A stretch of DNA of 64,000 bases from Candidatus Chisholmbacteria bacterium RIFCSPHIGHO2_01_FULL_52_32 (GTDB lineage Bacteria > Patescibacteriota > Microgenomatia > UBA1400 > Chisholmbacteraceae): NCBI GenBank assembly GCA_001816585.1, contig MHCJ01000003.1, positions 650,681 through 714,680 on the forward strand. Reading direction: 5' to 3'. Below the pieces are notes generated by a model. The model did not search any database. It was not told the DNA's origin and saw only the letters and a list, made by a program, of their open reading frames with translations. This document shows, in pieces, positions 1-9,611 of this stretch; the first letter of the stretch is position 1; every line of letters starts with the position of its first letter. A program made the translations under genes and the position numbers.

Positions 1-1019
1 AAGATCCGCTCCTTGACCTCTTTGAGGCCATAATGATCGTTCTCGAGGATTTTTTGCGCATTCGGGATCGAGACATTGTTCGGGGAACGAACACTCCAGG
101 GCATTTCTACAACCGTTTCAAGCCAGGTACGGATGTACCCGGACTCCGGATTGTGTACGGACATCTGGGCGAGGCGTTTGAGTTCCTTCTCGGCTTTTTC
201 CCGGGGCCCTTTCGGCATTTTTGCCTCTTTGATTTTTTCTTCGAGCTGGCGGATCTCCTCGTCTTCCCCTCCCTCTTCTCCTAATTCCTTTTGGATGGTC
301 TTCATGCGTTCCCGGAGCACCGCTTCACGCATGCTCTTGTCAAATTTCTTCTGTGTTTTCGACGCGATTTTGCGTTCGATCTCGAGGACTTTAATCTCGT
401 GGGCGAGGTGACTGACGACCTTTTCCAGTCGTTCAAGGACATTGAGGATCTCAAGAAGTTCCTGTTTCTCCGGGGTTTTAATATCGAGTGTGGAGGCGAT
501 TTGATCGGCGAGTTCTCCGGGCTTGACATCGCCCATGAGCTTCATGAAGCTTAAGAACTCCACAGATTTTCCGAGATTGACGGCCCGCTTGAATTCATTC
601 GTCAGGTGCCGACAGAGTCCTTCAACAGCCTCGGACTGTTCGACGAGCTCAGGCAGGGGCATAACTTCGGCAATCAAGTACTCTCCCGTTGAATCGACGT
701 TTAAGAGTCTTACCCTGCTTATTCCTTTGACCACGGCGTTGATCTCTCCATCGGTCTTTAAGGTGCGTTCAATTAGGCTTAGGGTACCGATTTTGTAGAG
801 ATCTTCCGGCTGAGGGTCGGAGACCGTCGCATTCTTCTGGGTGACAAAGATAATCTGGCGGTTGGTTTCGAAGGCGGTGGTGACGCCGGCGACCGATTTC
901 TTTCGGCCGAACACGAGGACTTGCTCCGTATGGGGAAACACCACTCCTTCCCGAATGGCAACCAGAGGAAGACGCTGGGCCGTGTTAGCGGATTGTGGTT
1001 TATTCAGGAGAATCGTCAT
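1..1019 (-). CDS. lon: ATP-dependent Lon protease, N-terminal portion (partial; ATG at 1017-1019, ORF runs off the left edge)
   Basis: My reverse-strand translation of 1..1019 reads MTILLNKPQSANTAQRLPLVAIREGVVFPH...ILENDHYGLKEVKERI. This is the typical Lon N-terminal substrate-binding domain, including the DHYGL-KEVKERIL motif. It is absent from the ORF track because it is open at the window edge. Confidence 0.85.
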   Translation of the reverse strand, partial: MTILLNKPQSANTAQRLPLVAIREGVVFPHTEQVLVFGRKKSVAGVTTAFETNRQIIFVTQKNATVSDPQPEDLYKIGTLSLIERTLKTDGEINAVVKGISRVRLLNVDSTGEYLIAEVMPLPELVEQSEAVEGLCRHLTNEFKRAVNLGKSVEFLSFMKLMGDVKPGELADQIASTLDIKTPEKQELLEILNVLERLEKVVSHLAHEIKVLEIERKIASKTQKKFDKSMREAVLRERMKTIQKELGEEGGEDEEIRQLEEKIKEAKMPKGPREKAEKELKRLAQMSVHNPESGYIRTWLETVVEMPWSVRSPNNVSIPNAQKILENDHYGLKEVKERI

Positions 1020-1164
1020 ACAGTGTTTGTCTTTCTGGCAGTATAGATTAATGAGTGCTAAATGTCAACCGCGGTTTTCCCAAACTTTTTACCCTTTAGG
1101 CATCTCTCTTTGTCTCCCCAGTGGGGCCTCTCCATGGTACCACAGGAGTTTTTGGGAAGAATGA

Positions 1165-1626
1165 CTAGCCGCGGCGCGGTTTTTCCCGGTCTTTACTGTC
1201 GATGATGATGGTGACCGGGCCATCGTTTAAGAGCGATACCAGCATGTAGTCACCGAATGAACCGGTTGCAACCTTCAGTCGATGCTCTTTAATTCTGGCG
1301 ATGAAACTCTCGTACAGCTGCCTGGCTGCCTCCGTTCCCGCAGCATCGATGAAGCTTGGCCGGTTCCCTTTTCTGGTCCGAGCGTAGAGGGTAAATTGGG
1401 AAACTACCAGGATGGCCCCATCTACCTCCGTCAGGGAGCGGTTCATTTTCCCGTTGGCATCGGCCATTATCCGAAGGGCTGCGATTTTATCCGCCAAATA
1501 CCTGGCATCTGACACACTGTCATCTTTGGCGGCGGCCACCAAAACCAGCAGTCCCGGTCCGATTGCGGTGGTTGCGGTCCCTGTTTTCACGCTGGCTTCT
1601 CTCACTCTTTGAATCACGGCTCGCAT
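1165..1626 (-). CDS. dtd: D-aminoacyl-tRNA deacylase
   Basis: 153 aa starting MRAVIQRV, with the SQFTL and NDGPVT motifs characteristic of Dtd. Confidence 0.85.
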   Translation of the reverse strand: MRAVIQRVREASVKTGTATTAIGPGLLVLVAAAKDDSVSDARYLADKIAALRIMADANGKMNRSLTEVDGAILVVSQFTLYARTRKGNRPSFIDAAGTEAARQLYESFIARIKEHRLKVATGSFGDYMLVSLLNDGPVTIIIDSKDREKPRRG

Positions 1627-1632
1627 AGAAGG

Positions 1633-2199
1633 TTAGCGTGCCCTCAATCCCGGAAATACGATTGACGATGCTCGTCCGACCAGAAAGCCGATCGCGGCGG
1701 CGGCAAAGGAGACGGTCACCATCTCAAAACCGCTTCGGAGCGGACTTGTTTGTGTGAGTCTCCCCTTTTCCACCCCGACGAGGAAAAGGGTAACGAGGGT
1801 TGCCAAAACCGACACCGCTATCGCCCAACTCACGGGTAAGAAAAGATAGGGAAGGATCGGTACCGAACCGCCCAACACGTAAAATGCGCCCATGAGCCAC
1901 GCTTCCCTGGCCGGGTTGGTCCTGTCGATCTCGTCAATCCGGCGGCGCCTATGCAACGAGAGCTTTGTGCGTTTGGCAAAATGCGCCTCTTTCTCAGATT
2001 TGTCGGAAAGATAGGTCCCAGCAGCCATCGAGAGTGATTCGACCAAAATGACAATAAGGCCGGAAAGGAGGATGACAAAGCGATCCTTAGTACCTGCAGC
2101 AATGCCGGTGACCACACCCAAGGTTGAAACCAGGCTGTCTTCCAGACTAAAGATTATCACTCGAATACTTGAGAGCACAAGGCTCGTCAGACTCGACAT
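1633..2199 (-). CDS. VIT1/CCC1-family membrane protein (Fe/Mn transporter-like)
   Basis: 188 aa with an N-terminal TM segment and acidic helix, a cytoplasmic charged loop, and a C-terminal multi-TM region typical of the VIT/DUF125 family. Confidence 0.6.
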   Translation of the reverse strand: MSSLTSLVLSSIRVIIFSLEDSLVSTLGVVTGIAAGTKDRFVILLSGLIVILVESLSMAAGTYLSDKSEKEAHFAKRTKLSLHRRRRIDEIDRTNPAREAWLMGAFYVLGGSVPILPYLFLPVSWAIAVSVLATLVTLFLVGVEKGRLTQTSPLRSGFEMVTVSFAAAAIGFLVGRASSIVFPGLRAR

Positions 2200-2286
2200 A
2201 TCCTTCTTTATCTCCTGCCTCGATTATATCCCACTCCTAGGTGTGTTTTCGACTGCCTGCCCTTTTTTGGATCTGCCGGTGGGGAT

Positions 2287-2922
2287 TTGCAACTTTCTTT
2301 ATTTTCTACTAGTATGAAGACAATGACCGAGAGTACTCCTGACATTATCAGTCAGCGCTATCAGGAAATCCAGGCCCTCTCCCCGACGGCAGATTCCGCT
2401 CAGGCTGTCCCTGAAGGGCCAACCATATCTGTCTCTTCATTTTTGAGCCTCTCCCTGTTTATCTTCTTTTTTGTGGTTGTGTTTCTTGGTTTTCTGCCGC
2501 TTGTCATCGGACGGTTTCGCGATTTCAAGCGCTTCCAGATGGCCATGATTATGGCCTTCCTCGCCGGCGCTCTTCCCTTGACCGTCGGATTGGTCCTTCA
2601 TCAAAGCGGGATTTTGACCAAAGCCGACATTGAGGAGGCCCCTCGTCATATCAAGATCGTTGAGGTTGCCCCGACGAGCTTTCGGATCCGGTGGGAGACC
2701 GCCGGTTTTCAGTACGGAGCGCTTCGCTACGGTGTAAAACCGGCTTCAACCGCCCTCACGCGCACGGTGCTTGAGGTGGGAGGTTTAACACGGAGTACGG
2801 AACATGACCTGATTGTTTCGGATCTTGTCCCCGAAACCGACTACTATTTTGAACTGCTCTCCGGGGCTCATTGGTACGACAACAACGGGGTATTCCTTAC
2901 GGTTCAAACGCTTCCGAAGTGA
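2287..2922 (+). CDS. membrane protein with C-terminal fibronectin-III-like beta-sandwich domain
   Basis: Two hydrophobic helices followed by a segment (IKIVEVAPTSFRIRWET...YYFEL) resembling an Fn3 / purple-acid-phosphatase N-terminal domain. Confidence 0.45.
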   Translation: MQLSLFSTSMKTMTESTPDIISQRYQEIQALSPTADSAQAVPEGPTISVSSFLSLSLFIFFFVVVFLGFLPLVIGRFRDFKRFQMAMIMAFLAGALPLTVGLVLHQSGILTKADIEEAPRHIKIVEVAPTSFRIRWETAGFQYGALRYGVKPASTALTRTVLEVGGLTRSTEHDLIVSDLVPETDYYFELLSGAHWYDNNGVFLTVQTLPK

Positions 2923-2939
2923 GGGGGATTTTGGGGGGG

Positions 2940-3305
2940 TTATTCCAAAGCTGCAAGCGCTTCTTTGGCGATCTGTTGCGGAGTGTATTTCTGTTTACTC
3001 AAGAAGGCCACCGCGCCCAGTTCCATGGCTTTTTTGGGATTCTCTCCCTGGTCGAAGTTTGACAGGACGACGACCGGGATGCTTTCGGTGGCGTCATCGC
3101 CTTTCAGTTCTTTGAGGACGGAGAGACCGAGTTTCTCGGGAAGAATGATGTCAAGTAAGATCAGATCCGGCTTCTCCTTTTTCGCCATTTCCAACCCCCG
3201 CTGTCCATTGGTCGCGATTGAGACGGTCAGCCCCACGAGCTCAAGCTCGGTTTTATACAGCTTGGTAAGATTTTCGTCGTCTTCAACTAAGAGAACGCTG
3301 ACCAT
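2940..3305 (-). CDS. single-domain response regulator (REC/CheY-like)
   Basis: 121 aa with LLVEDD, LILLDIILP, VVVLS and K motifs of a receiver domain. Confidence 0.85.
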   Translation of the reverse strand: MVSVLLVEDDENLTKLYKTELELVGLTVSIATNGQRGLEMAKKEKPDLILLDIILPEKLGLSVLKELKGDDATESIPVVVLSNFDQGENPKKAMELGAVAFLSKQKYTPQQIAKEALAALE

Positions 3306-3309
3306 ATAT

Positions 3310-3369
3310 TAATGTTTAATGTTCAATGTTTAATGTTTAATGTTTAATGTTTAATGTTTAATGTTTAAT
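3310..3369. repeat. tandem 8-bp repeat (AATGTTTA, ~8 copies) between the HK stop and the RR start
   Basis: Directly visible: taatgtttaatgttcaatgtttaatgtttaatgtttaatgtttaatgtttaatgtttaat. Confidence 0.9.
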
Positions 3370-3432
3370 CTTACACATTCATTGAATATTTAAGGGTTCT
3401 GCTTCCCAGAGTAGCATAGCGGCCGATGGCTT

Positions 3433-5088
3433 TCAAGTTTCGCTCTTTGGGATCGTGAAGGAGAATGTTGAGCCTTCGCCCGGTTTTGACTCCACCCAAA
3501 TTTTTCCGCCGTGTGCCTCGACAATGCCTTTGGCAATCACCAGTCCCAAACCCGTTCCTTGAGCCGTACGGGGTAGTTTGGTTTCGAGCTGGCCGAATTT
3601 GGAAAAGAGGCGGGCTTGATCCTGCGGCTTTATCCCTTCACCCGTATCCTTGAATGCAATCGTCAGTTCCTTCTCAGAATCCCGAAGGCCGACTTCGATT
3701 CCCCCAGTTTTGGTGAAGTTAATCGCGTTTGACAGAAGGTTTACGATCACCTGGCCGATCCGTACCGGATCGAACATGACCTCCGGTGTTTGCTCCGGAA
3801 GCATGAGCGTTATCCCGAGCCCCTTCTCCATCGCCAAGGGTTTGTACTCCTCTACTTTCTCCCTGAGCACCTTTCCCATGTCGCTCTTCGTTACCGTTAT
3901 CTGGAATTTTCCCGATTCGATTTTTGCAACGTCCAGCAAGTTATTGACGATTGCAAGCATATCCTGGCTTGACTGTTCAATCATGTGCAGGTATTCCGTC
4001 CGTTTGGCTTCCGGAAAGGCATCCGGATGCGCAAGGATGGTATTTGAGGCGCCGCGGACGGCGGTTAACGGCGCCCGCAGCTCATGGACCATCATGGCCG
4101 TGAAATCTTCACGGAGACGCTCAAGCTCTTTTTCTTTTGAAATATCATGAAGCATCAGCACCGTCCCGAGGAGGGTCTGTTTTGGGTCTTTGACCGGAGA
4201 GATGAACACTTGTACCACGCGGTCCTCGAGCACCACTCCGTCGACGACGATCAGGGTGTCTTTGTGAACCGCCTCGTCCATCTTCTCCCGAATGTTTGTC
4301 TTCTTGCCTAACACGTCCATGACACTCAGGACCGACGGTGTTTCGTCGGGAATTTTCAGAAAGGATTTCGCTGCGGGATTGATCACTAAAAGCCGCATTT
4401 CCTGATCAACCATGATGACGCCTTCCGACATGGACGCCACCGTCGATTCGAGCTTGCCTTTTTCCGTTTCCAGCACATGCCGTAATTTGCTGACCGCAGA
4501 TGAAGCCTGGGCGACGATCCGGTAGAGGATCATCATCTCGTCTTCTTTATAGAGTCCCGGAGTCGTTGAAGCGATGTTTATTAGGCCGGTCAGCTTCTCG
4601 CTGATGACGATGGGGATGTTGAAAAACGATCCGACAAGTTTGTCGCTCTGCTCGCTTACCACCGTTCCTGTTTGTTGTTCCGCAACCGGAACCGAACGGA
4701 TTTGCTTGCCTACGAACGCTTCAAGAGAGGCGAGCATGCTCTCTTTTATCTCGTTTAAGAAGGTCCGGCTTACCGATTCCTCAAGATGGGTCTTGAAGGT
4801 GAGGCTGTCTTTTCCGACCAGCATGGATGAGACGGTCGAATAGGAGAAGAGTTTGCCGATAGAACCGGCGATTATCTCAACGACTTTGGCTTCATCCAGT
4901 TCATAGCCGAAGCGCTCTCCAAGTTCCCGGAGAATCTCGGATTCATAGGCCTCACGCTTGAGGGCAGCTTCGCGGACCGCAAGCTTCTCTCTGGTGCGCT
5001 TTTCCCCCTTCAGGGCAGAGGCAATAAGGTATGCGGCACCTCCTAAGATTCCTGTGAATAGGATCGCGGCAATGGGCGGGACGGTCAT
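3433..5088 (-). CDS. sensor histidine kinase (TM - GAF/PAS - HisKA - HATPase_c)
   Basis: 551 aa with an N-terminal TM, an H-box HELRAPLTAVRGASN, and C-terminal N/G1/G2 boxes (NAINFT, DTGEGI, GTGLGL). Confidence 0.85.
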   Translation of the reverse strand: MTVPPIAAILFTGILGGAAYLIASALKGEKRTREKLAVREAALKREAYESEILRELGERFGYELDEAKVVEIIAGSIGKLFSYSTVSSMLVGKDSLTFKTHLEESVSRTFLNEIKESMLASLEAFVGKQIRSVPVAEQQTGTVVSEQSDKLVGSFFNIPIVISEKLTGLINIASTTPGLYKEDEMMILYRIVAQASSAVSKLRHVLETEKGKLESTVASMSEGVIMVDQEMRLLVINPAAKSFLKIPDETPSVLSVMDVLGKKTNIREKMDEAVHKDTLIVVDGVVLEDRVVQVFISPVKDPKQTLLGTVLMLHDISKEKELERLREDFTAMMVHELRAPLTAVRGASNTILAHPDAFPEAKRTEYLHMIEQSSQDMLAIVNNLLDVAKIESGKFQITVTKSDMGKVLREKVEEYKPLAMEKGLGITLMLPEQTPEVMFDPVRIGQVIVNLLSNAINFTKTGGIEVGLRDSEKELTIAFKDTGEGIKPQDQARLFSKFGQLETKLPRTAQGTGLGLVIAKGIVEAHGGKIWVESKPGEGSTFSFTIPKSET

Positions 5089-5189
5089 GGGCTACTTCCC
5101 AATCCCGCAAGGGAAGCAATGGACTTAAGCAACCCGTGTTCCTTCTTCCCTACGGGATTTCAGCTCGGAAAATCTTTACTATATGGTCA

Positions 5190-5504
5190 TCAGACGTGCG
5201 AGGGCGATTGGCCCTCGCGAGCTTCAACATTTGGCAGTTTAATCCACGGGCATTGCCTAAGGAGGGGTTGAAGGGTTTTCACGACCACCATGTTTGAGAG
5301 GCCGACAAATTTGTCAACCATGCCTTGGATGACTGCTTGCGGGTCTCCTTCGATCGCAAGCACTTCACCGTTTTGGGACAGCTTTAATCCTTGAAGATCC
5401 GCCAAGGTTTTCACCAAGACATGTTCATCAAGCACTTGCCGAAGCTCCCGAAGCATATCGGAGATGAGATTTTTGTACTCATTGGGCTGGGTTGACTGGT
5501 TCAT
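5190..5504 (-). CDS. hypothetical protein (possibly Roadblock/LC7-like)
   Basis: 104-aa ORF in good coding context. Weak resemblance to the Roadblock fold (LAIEGDPQ...GLSNMVVV). Confidence 0.35.
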   Translation of the reverse strand: MNQSTQPNEYKNLISDMLRELRQVLDEHVLVKTLADLQGLKLSQNGEVLAIEGDPQAVIQGMVDKFVGLSNMVVVKTLQPLLRQCPWIKLPNVEAREGQSPSHV

Positions 5505-5815
5505 TTCCTGTCCTCCATACGCTTTTTAATATCATTGTGAAAATTCGGGAAATAGAGGCCGATCCTGGTGAAGTCAAATTTGGGAAGGATTTTCTCCTTC
5601 GGTTCCTGATCGAGCAGGTACTCAAAGGCCTTTTTTATCAGGTGCTCCGGTTTCACATCGCCGTTCGTGAGGCGTTGATAATCCGCCTTATTCAGCGTTA
5701 CCTGGTGCTGGGTCTGCGACGTTTCGTCTTTGACCACCACGCTGAACATATAGATCTGATTTTCCATGAGTTTGGTGACCGTCACTTCTGCCATATGCTT
5801 TTTCCAGTATTGCAC
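5501..5815 (-). CDS. hypothetical protein
   Basis: 104-aa ORF with a 4-nt overlap with the downstream ORF. No recognisable motif. Confidence 0.35.
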   Translation of the reverse strand: MQYWKKHMAEVTVTKLMENQIYMFSVVVKDETSQTQHQVTLNKADYQRLTNGDVKPEHLIKKAFEYLLDQEPKEKILPKFDFTRIGLYFPNFHNDIKKRMEDRK

Positions 5816-5854
5816 ATTTCATCCGTCCTTACCAACACTTTCGTGGTGTATGAT

Positions 5855-6727
5855 ATGAACACGATGACGCAAGTACGGCGGGATTTTCGAGTAGGGAAAG
5901 TGGCCATTGTCGGACGGCCGAATGTGGGTAAGTCCACCCTGCTCAATGCCTTTGTTCAACATAAAGTCGCCATCATTTCCCCAAAACCCCAAACCACCCG
6001 GGCGCAAATCGTGGCTTTTTTTGAAGATGACCGCGGCCAGATCTTTTTCTTTGACACACCAGGTTTCTATTCTACCCGGGCCGGAGTTTCCCATTACAAT
6101 TCCCTGATGGCGGATGCGATTGGGGAGGCAGATCTGGTTCTCTATGTGGTCGACCATACGCGCGACTGGGGAGAAGAAGAGGAGCGGATTTGGAACGCGG
6201 TTTCGGCAAGTGAAAAACCGGTTCTCCTCATCCTGAATAAAATCGATGTTCCGGGGCATAGCTTCCGGGATTCCTACCTGGCTCTGCTTGAGAAACGGGT
6301 GAAGGCTGTGGTTCCGGTTTCTGCACTTTTGGAACAGCACGTACGATCCGTAATCGATCAGATTTTCGCACTCCTGCCTGTGGGCGTTCGGGATGCGACC
6401 GTTGACTTTTTCCCGACTCCCCTGCTGTCCCAATCGAGTAAGGAGTATTTGGCGGAGCTGTTGCGAGAAAAAGTGTACCTTAATACCGGACAAGAAGTGC
6501 CTTACCAGACAAGCGCGCGGATTACCTCTGTTGATGAGGATGAAGAAAAAAATACGCTTAAGATCGTCGGTAAAATTATCGTTTCGGATGAGCGGTATAA
6601 GGGGATGCTGATCGGCCGGAAGGGAGTCAAGATCGCACAAATCAGAACCGCCTTCCGGCGCGAGTTGGAACTTGCAACCGGAAAGCGGGTTCTTATCAAT
6701 CTTCAAGTCGTAACAAACGACGAATGA
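5855..6727 (+). CDS. era: GTPase Era
   Basis: The track ORF 5492..6727 has an Era-like part that begins at the internal ATG at 5855 (MNTMTQV). It has the G1 motif GRPNVGKST, G3 DTPG and G4 NKID, plus a C-terminal KH domain (GRKGVKIAQIR). Confidence 0.9.
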   Translation: MNTMTQVRRDFRVGKVAIVGRPNVGKSTLLNAFVQHKVAIISPKPQTTRAQIVAFFEDDRGQIFFFDTPGFYSTRAGVSHYNSLMADAIGEADLVLYVVDHTRDWGEEEERIWNAVSASEKPVLLILNKIDVPGHSFRDSYLALLEKRVKAVVPVSALLEQHVRSVIDQIFALLPVGVRDATVDFFPTPLLSQSSKEYLAELLREKVYLNTGQEVPYQTSARITSVDEDEEKNTLKIVGKIIVSDERYKGMLIGRKGVKIAQIRTAFRRELELATGKRVLINLQVVTNDE

Positions 6728-6730
6728 AGT

Positions 6731-6988
6731 TTAGCGTTGCCGAGGCGGTCTTGCTTCGTTGACGACAATTTTCCTGCCGTCCCAGTCTTTACCGTTGAAC
6801 AAGTCAATTGCCTTTAGGGCTGCCTTGTCATCGCCATATTCGACAAAACCAAAACCTTTTGAACGTCCGCTCATACGATCAGTAATCACCGCAGCGGAAA
6901 CAACGTCTCCTGCTTCGGAAAACTTCTGACCGAGAACATCGTCTGTTACTGTGTAGGGAAGATTCCCTACGTAGAGTTTCTTAGCCAA
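6731..6988 (-). CDS. RRM-type RNA-binding protein
   Basis: 85 aa with RNP-2 LYVGNL and RNP-1 KGFGFVEY. Confidence 0.85.
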   Translation of the reverse strand: MAKKLYVGNLPYTVTDDVLGQKFSEAGDVVSAAVITDRMSGRSKGFGFVEYGDDKAALKAIDLFNGKDWDGRKIVVNEARPPRQR

Positions 6989-7190
6989 TTTCTGTCACCT
7001 CCCTTCGGAGGGGTATGTAGAGCTCTCAGAAACTCTCCGGGAATCTCTTTTTTGCAAAGCGAAAAAGAAGCGTACCACGTGCAGTCTCTGTCACTCAAAC
7101 AGGGGTAGTATACCGTATTTTTGGGTATGCGCAAGTCCCAACGCTGATTTTCCGTCTTTCATCTGGTAAAATAAGAGTGTATCTGATTAA

Positions 7191-7261
7191 TGCGAGGTCT
7201 GCCAATGGTAGGCAAACGGGCTCTGAACCCGTGAATCTAGGTTCGAATCCTAGCCTCGCAG
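7191..7261 (+). tRNA. tRNA-Gln (anticodon CTG)
   Basis: Hand-folded cloverleaf. Acceptor tgcgagg/cctcgca, D-arm tgcc/ggca, anticodon stem acggg/cccgt with loop ctCTGaa, T-arm ctagg-ttcgaat-cctag, discriminator G. CCA is not encoded. Confidence 0.75.
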
Positions 7262-7523
7262 CTAATTGAACAATAGTGAGTTGAGGGGTGGGGTAAGTTA
7301 CGAAATCTCAAGAAAGTGGCGTGTTTCTTGATTGATTTCCTCTGGGTTATTTAGTAAATCTACCCATTGAACTGCTCTAAAATCGTTCGAGGGACATTAA
7401 GTAAGAAGAAGAAAGTTCTCGGGAGGTAGCGCTTGCCGCGCCAATTTCCTCGAATGTCTGAAGCGATTCGTTCCTGGTATGGAGGGTAAAAGCCCTCCAC
7501 TTTTGTGTTATACTACCTCCGCC

Positions 7524-7799
7524 ATGGAAACGAAGGTCTTAAACTACCGAATCATCATTGAGCCAGATAAGCAAACGGGAACGGGAAAACCTGGTTTTAC
7601 CGCTTTTTGTCCAACATTGGGAGTGGCCGATGATGGCGATACTGTCGAAGAGGCGATTCAGCATGTGCGGGGTGCCATGAAAGCATATGTTGAGAGTCTT
7701 ATTGCTGATAAACAACCCGTTCCTATTGATAGGCCAGAGCGGGACATTGTGACTACAACCCAAATCAATGTCAGGCGTAATTTTCAAATCGCTTCGTAA
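7524..7799 (+). CDS. hicB: HicB-family antitoxin (UPF0150)
   Basis: METKVLNYRIIIEPD...GFTAFCPTLG...GDTVEEAIQHVRGAMKAYVES is typical HicB. I chose the start at the internal Met (the track ORF begins at 7479). Confidence 0.75.
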   Translation: METKVLNYRIIIEPDKQTGTGKPGFTAFCPTLGVADDGDTVEEAIQHVRGAMKAYVESLIADKQPVPIDRPERDIVTTTQINVRRNFQIAS

Positions 7800-8020
7800 T
7801 GCCGAAACTGCCTCAAATCAAACCTCGTCAAATTGAAAAGGTTCTTATTCAATCCGGTTTCTCTCCTCGATCTACGAAAAGTGAACATGTCGTTTTCACC
7901 CATTCCGATGGTCGCCGTACTGTTGTGCCAGTTCACAACCGGCCTGTGCGGACCGGCACATTGCGTGCAATTCTTCGCCAAGCGAAGATTTCGGTTGATG
8001 AATTTCTTAAACTTCTATAA
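7799..8020 (+). CDS. hicA: HicA-family mRNA interferase toxin
   Basis: 73 aa, PKLPQIKPRQIEKVLIQSGF...GTLRAILRQAKISVDEF (YcfA/HicA family). Its ATG overlaps the hicB stop (TAATG). Confidence 0.8.
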   Translation: MPKLPQIKPRQIEKVLIQSGFSPRSTKSEHVVFTHSDGRRTVVPVHNRPVRTGTLRAILRQAKISVDEFLKLL

Positions 8021-8396
8021 TAGTGAGTTTCAACATCGTCAACCAGCGCCAGCCGATTAGACTCTGGTTCGACAACGCCCTTCGGTCATAAGCTCAGGGT
8101 CGAATGACTCACCATCGCTCAGGGCTATAGCCAGTCTAAGACGATCAGCGAAAATAACGTATCTGGTACGACAGGGGCAGGACATACTGAAGTCGAGGTG
8201 AATACGGCAATCGCGGAGGAATTGAAACGGTTGCTCAAACTCTGAGCACCAAAAACGCTCTGGTTGAATTAATGTGCTATCCGCTTATGAACATTCACTT
8301 CCATCTCCTTGTCAGGAAGCCTGGCGGGCGGTATAGTCATGACCGTGCTGGGTAAGATCCTGATTGTTCAATCCCATACATTGTTGTTTTCGTCTT

Positions 8397-9434
8397 ATGA
8401 GAAGCGTTGAAGCTGAAACAAAGGAAGCGTTGGTTTCTCCGATAGACAGCCTGGCTATTATCGGCCGCGGCCTGGTTGGCTCAATGTTTGTCGAAAGATT
8501 TACTGCATTGGAAGGGCTGAAGGTTCTGGCAGCGGGGCGGGGGGAGATCGCCTCCGTCATGGAACAGCAGCCGGAGGTGGTGTTGGCGGCCACTCCCAAT
8601 CCGGTAGGAGAAGTGGCAGCGGAACTAGCTGCCCGGGCGATAGCCCCGTTCAGCTTGGTGCTGCCGCAAAACGGTGTGGGGGTAATTGAGCAGGCGCAGC
8701 GCGCGTTGGGACGAAGCGATATCTCCCTCATACGGGCCAGTCTGTATACCATGGTCAGTCAAAGCGATAACGGCGTTGCGTATGACCCGGCGAAACTGCG
8801 CCTTACCCTCTCGCCGGGCCGGCACCAGGATCGTCGAGAGTTGTCGCGCGTCCGTTTGGCTCTGATGTCAGCCGGGTTTGCAGTCGTCACCTGCGAAAAT
8901 CCCCGCGATATGGAATGGACCAAACTTCTGGTTAACAGTATCGGGTCCACCTCGACCGTTACCGGGCTAACCCCCCGGGAAACTTTTGTCGACGAGAATC
9001 TCTTCAGCCTGGAGTTAACCGGGCTGCGGCAGCGGTCAGCCGTTATCAGGGCCGGCGGAATAAAACTTGTGAACATTCCCTGGGCCAAAACACCGCTGTT
9101 GCGGCTGGGGGCTTCAGTGCTGCCTTCATATGTACCCGGAGCGTTAAAGCAACTCATTGCCGAAACCGTTGCCGAGGGACGGGACAATCTGCCCTCAGCT
9201 GCCGCCAGGAAGATTACGGAAGGCCGAGAGCCCTCAGAAGCCCTGGAGTATCATCTGCCGTTTATACAATTGGCAAAGGAGACAGGTCTCACTGCCACGG
9301 TGGACGAGGCGATTGTCGAGGTCATCCAGCAACACCTGCGAGGCGAAATTCATTTACAGGAGATGACATCCCGACAGAAGACTGACCTACTGACTCTGGT
9401 TCTTCGTAACGGAGGTTCTTTACCCCGGAAGTGA
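8397..9434 (+). CDS. ketopantoate reductase-like oxidoreductase (ApbA/PanE family)
   Basis: N-terminal Rossmann motif LAIIGRGLVGSMF, overall ApbA-like length and layout. The start is uncertain (track ORF from 8364). Confidence 0.6.
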   Translation: MRSVEAETKEALVSPIDSLAIIGRGLVGSMFVERFTALEGLKVLAAGRGEIASVMEQQPEVVLAATPNPVGEVAAELAARAIAPFSLVLPQNGVGVIEQAQRALGRSDISLIRASLYTMVSQSDNGVAYDPAKLRLTLSPGRHQDRRELSRVRLALMSAGFAVVTCENPRDMEWTKLLVNSIGSTSTVTGLTPRETFVDENLFSLELTGLRQRSAVIRAGGIKLVNIPWAKTPLLRLGASVLPSYVPGALKQLIAETVAEGRDNLPSAAARKITEGREPSEALEYHLPFIQLAKETGLTATVDEAIVEVIQQHLRGEIHLQEMTSRQKTDLLTLVLRNGGSLPRK

Positions 9435-9512
9435 TAGACTCTCTTCCACCCCGGAGGTGTAGCGGTTCACATACGGCTTCGCCACTCCCGGTGCGGGGTG
9501 GCTACCCCAGCA

Positions 9513-9611
9513 CCAGACCAGTCAGACTGGTCGGTGCGGGATTTCGCCTCGGAGGATTGTGAAGAAGCCTGCCTACCGGCAGGCAGGCCCCCAGCTTTAG
9601 CTGGGGGAGGC
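9513..9611. terminator. composite multi-hairpin element in a convergent intergenic region (family also at 37767-37850)
   Basis: caccagaccagtc-a-gactggtcggtg hairpin, then gcctgcctaccggcaggcaggc and cccccagctttagctggggg hairpins, followed by gaggctcac. Confidence 0.5.

Noticed and set aside
5819-6706. 295-aa minus-strand ORF
   Set aside because: It is entirely antisense to the well-supported era gene, and its composition is not protein-like.
8040-8250. Short reading frame ending ...HTEVEVNTAIAEELKRLLKL downstream of hicA
   Set aside because: It is under 60 aa with no start context. It could be a gene remnant, but the evidence is insufficient.
8312-9187. Minus-strand ORFs 8312..8752, 8625..8825 and 8759..9187
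   Set aside because: They overlap the ApbA-like gene on the opposite strand, show no motifs, and have Ser/Arg-rich shadow composition.
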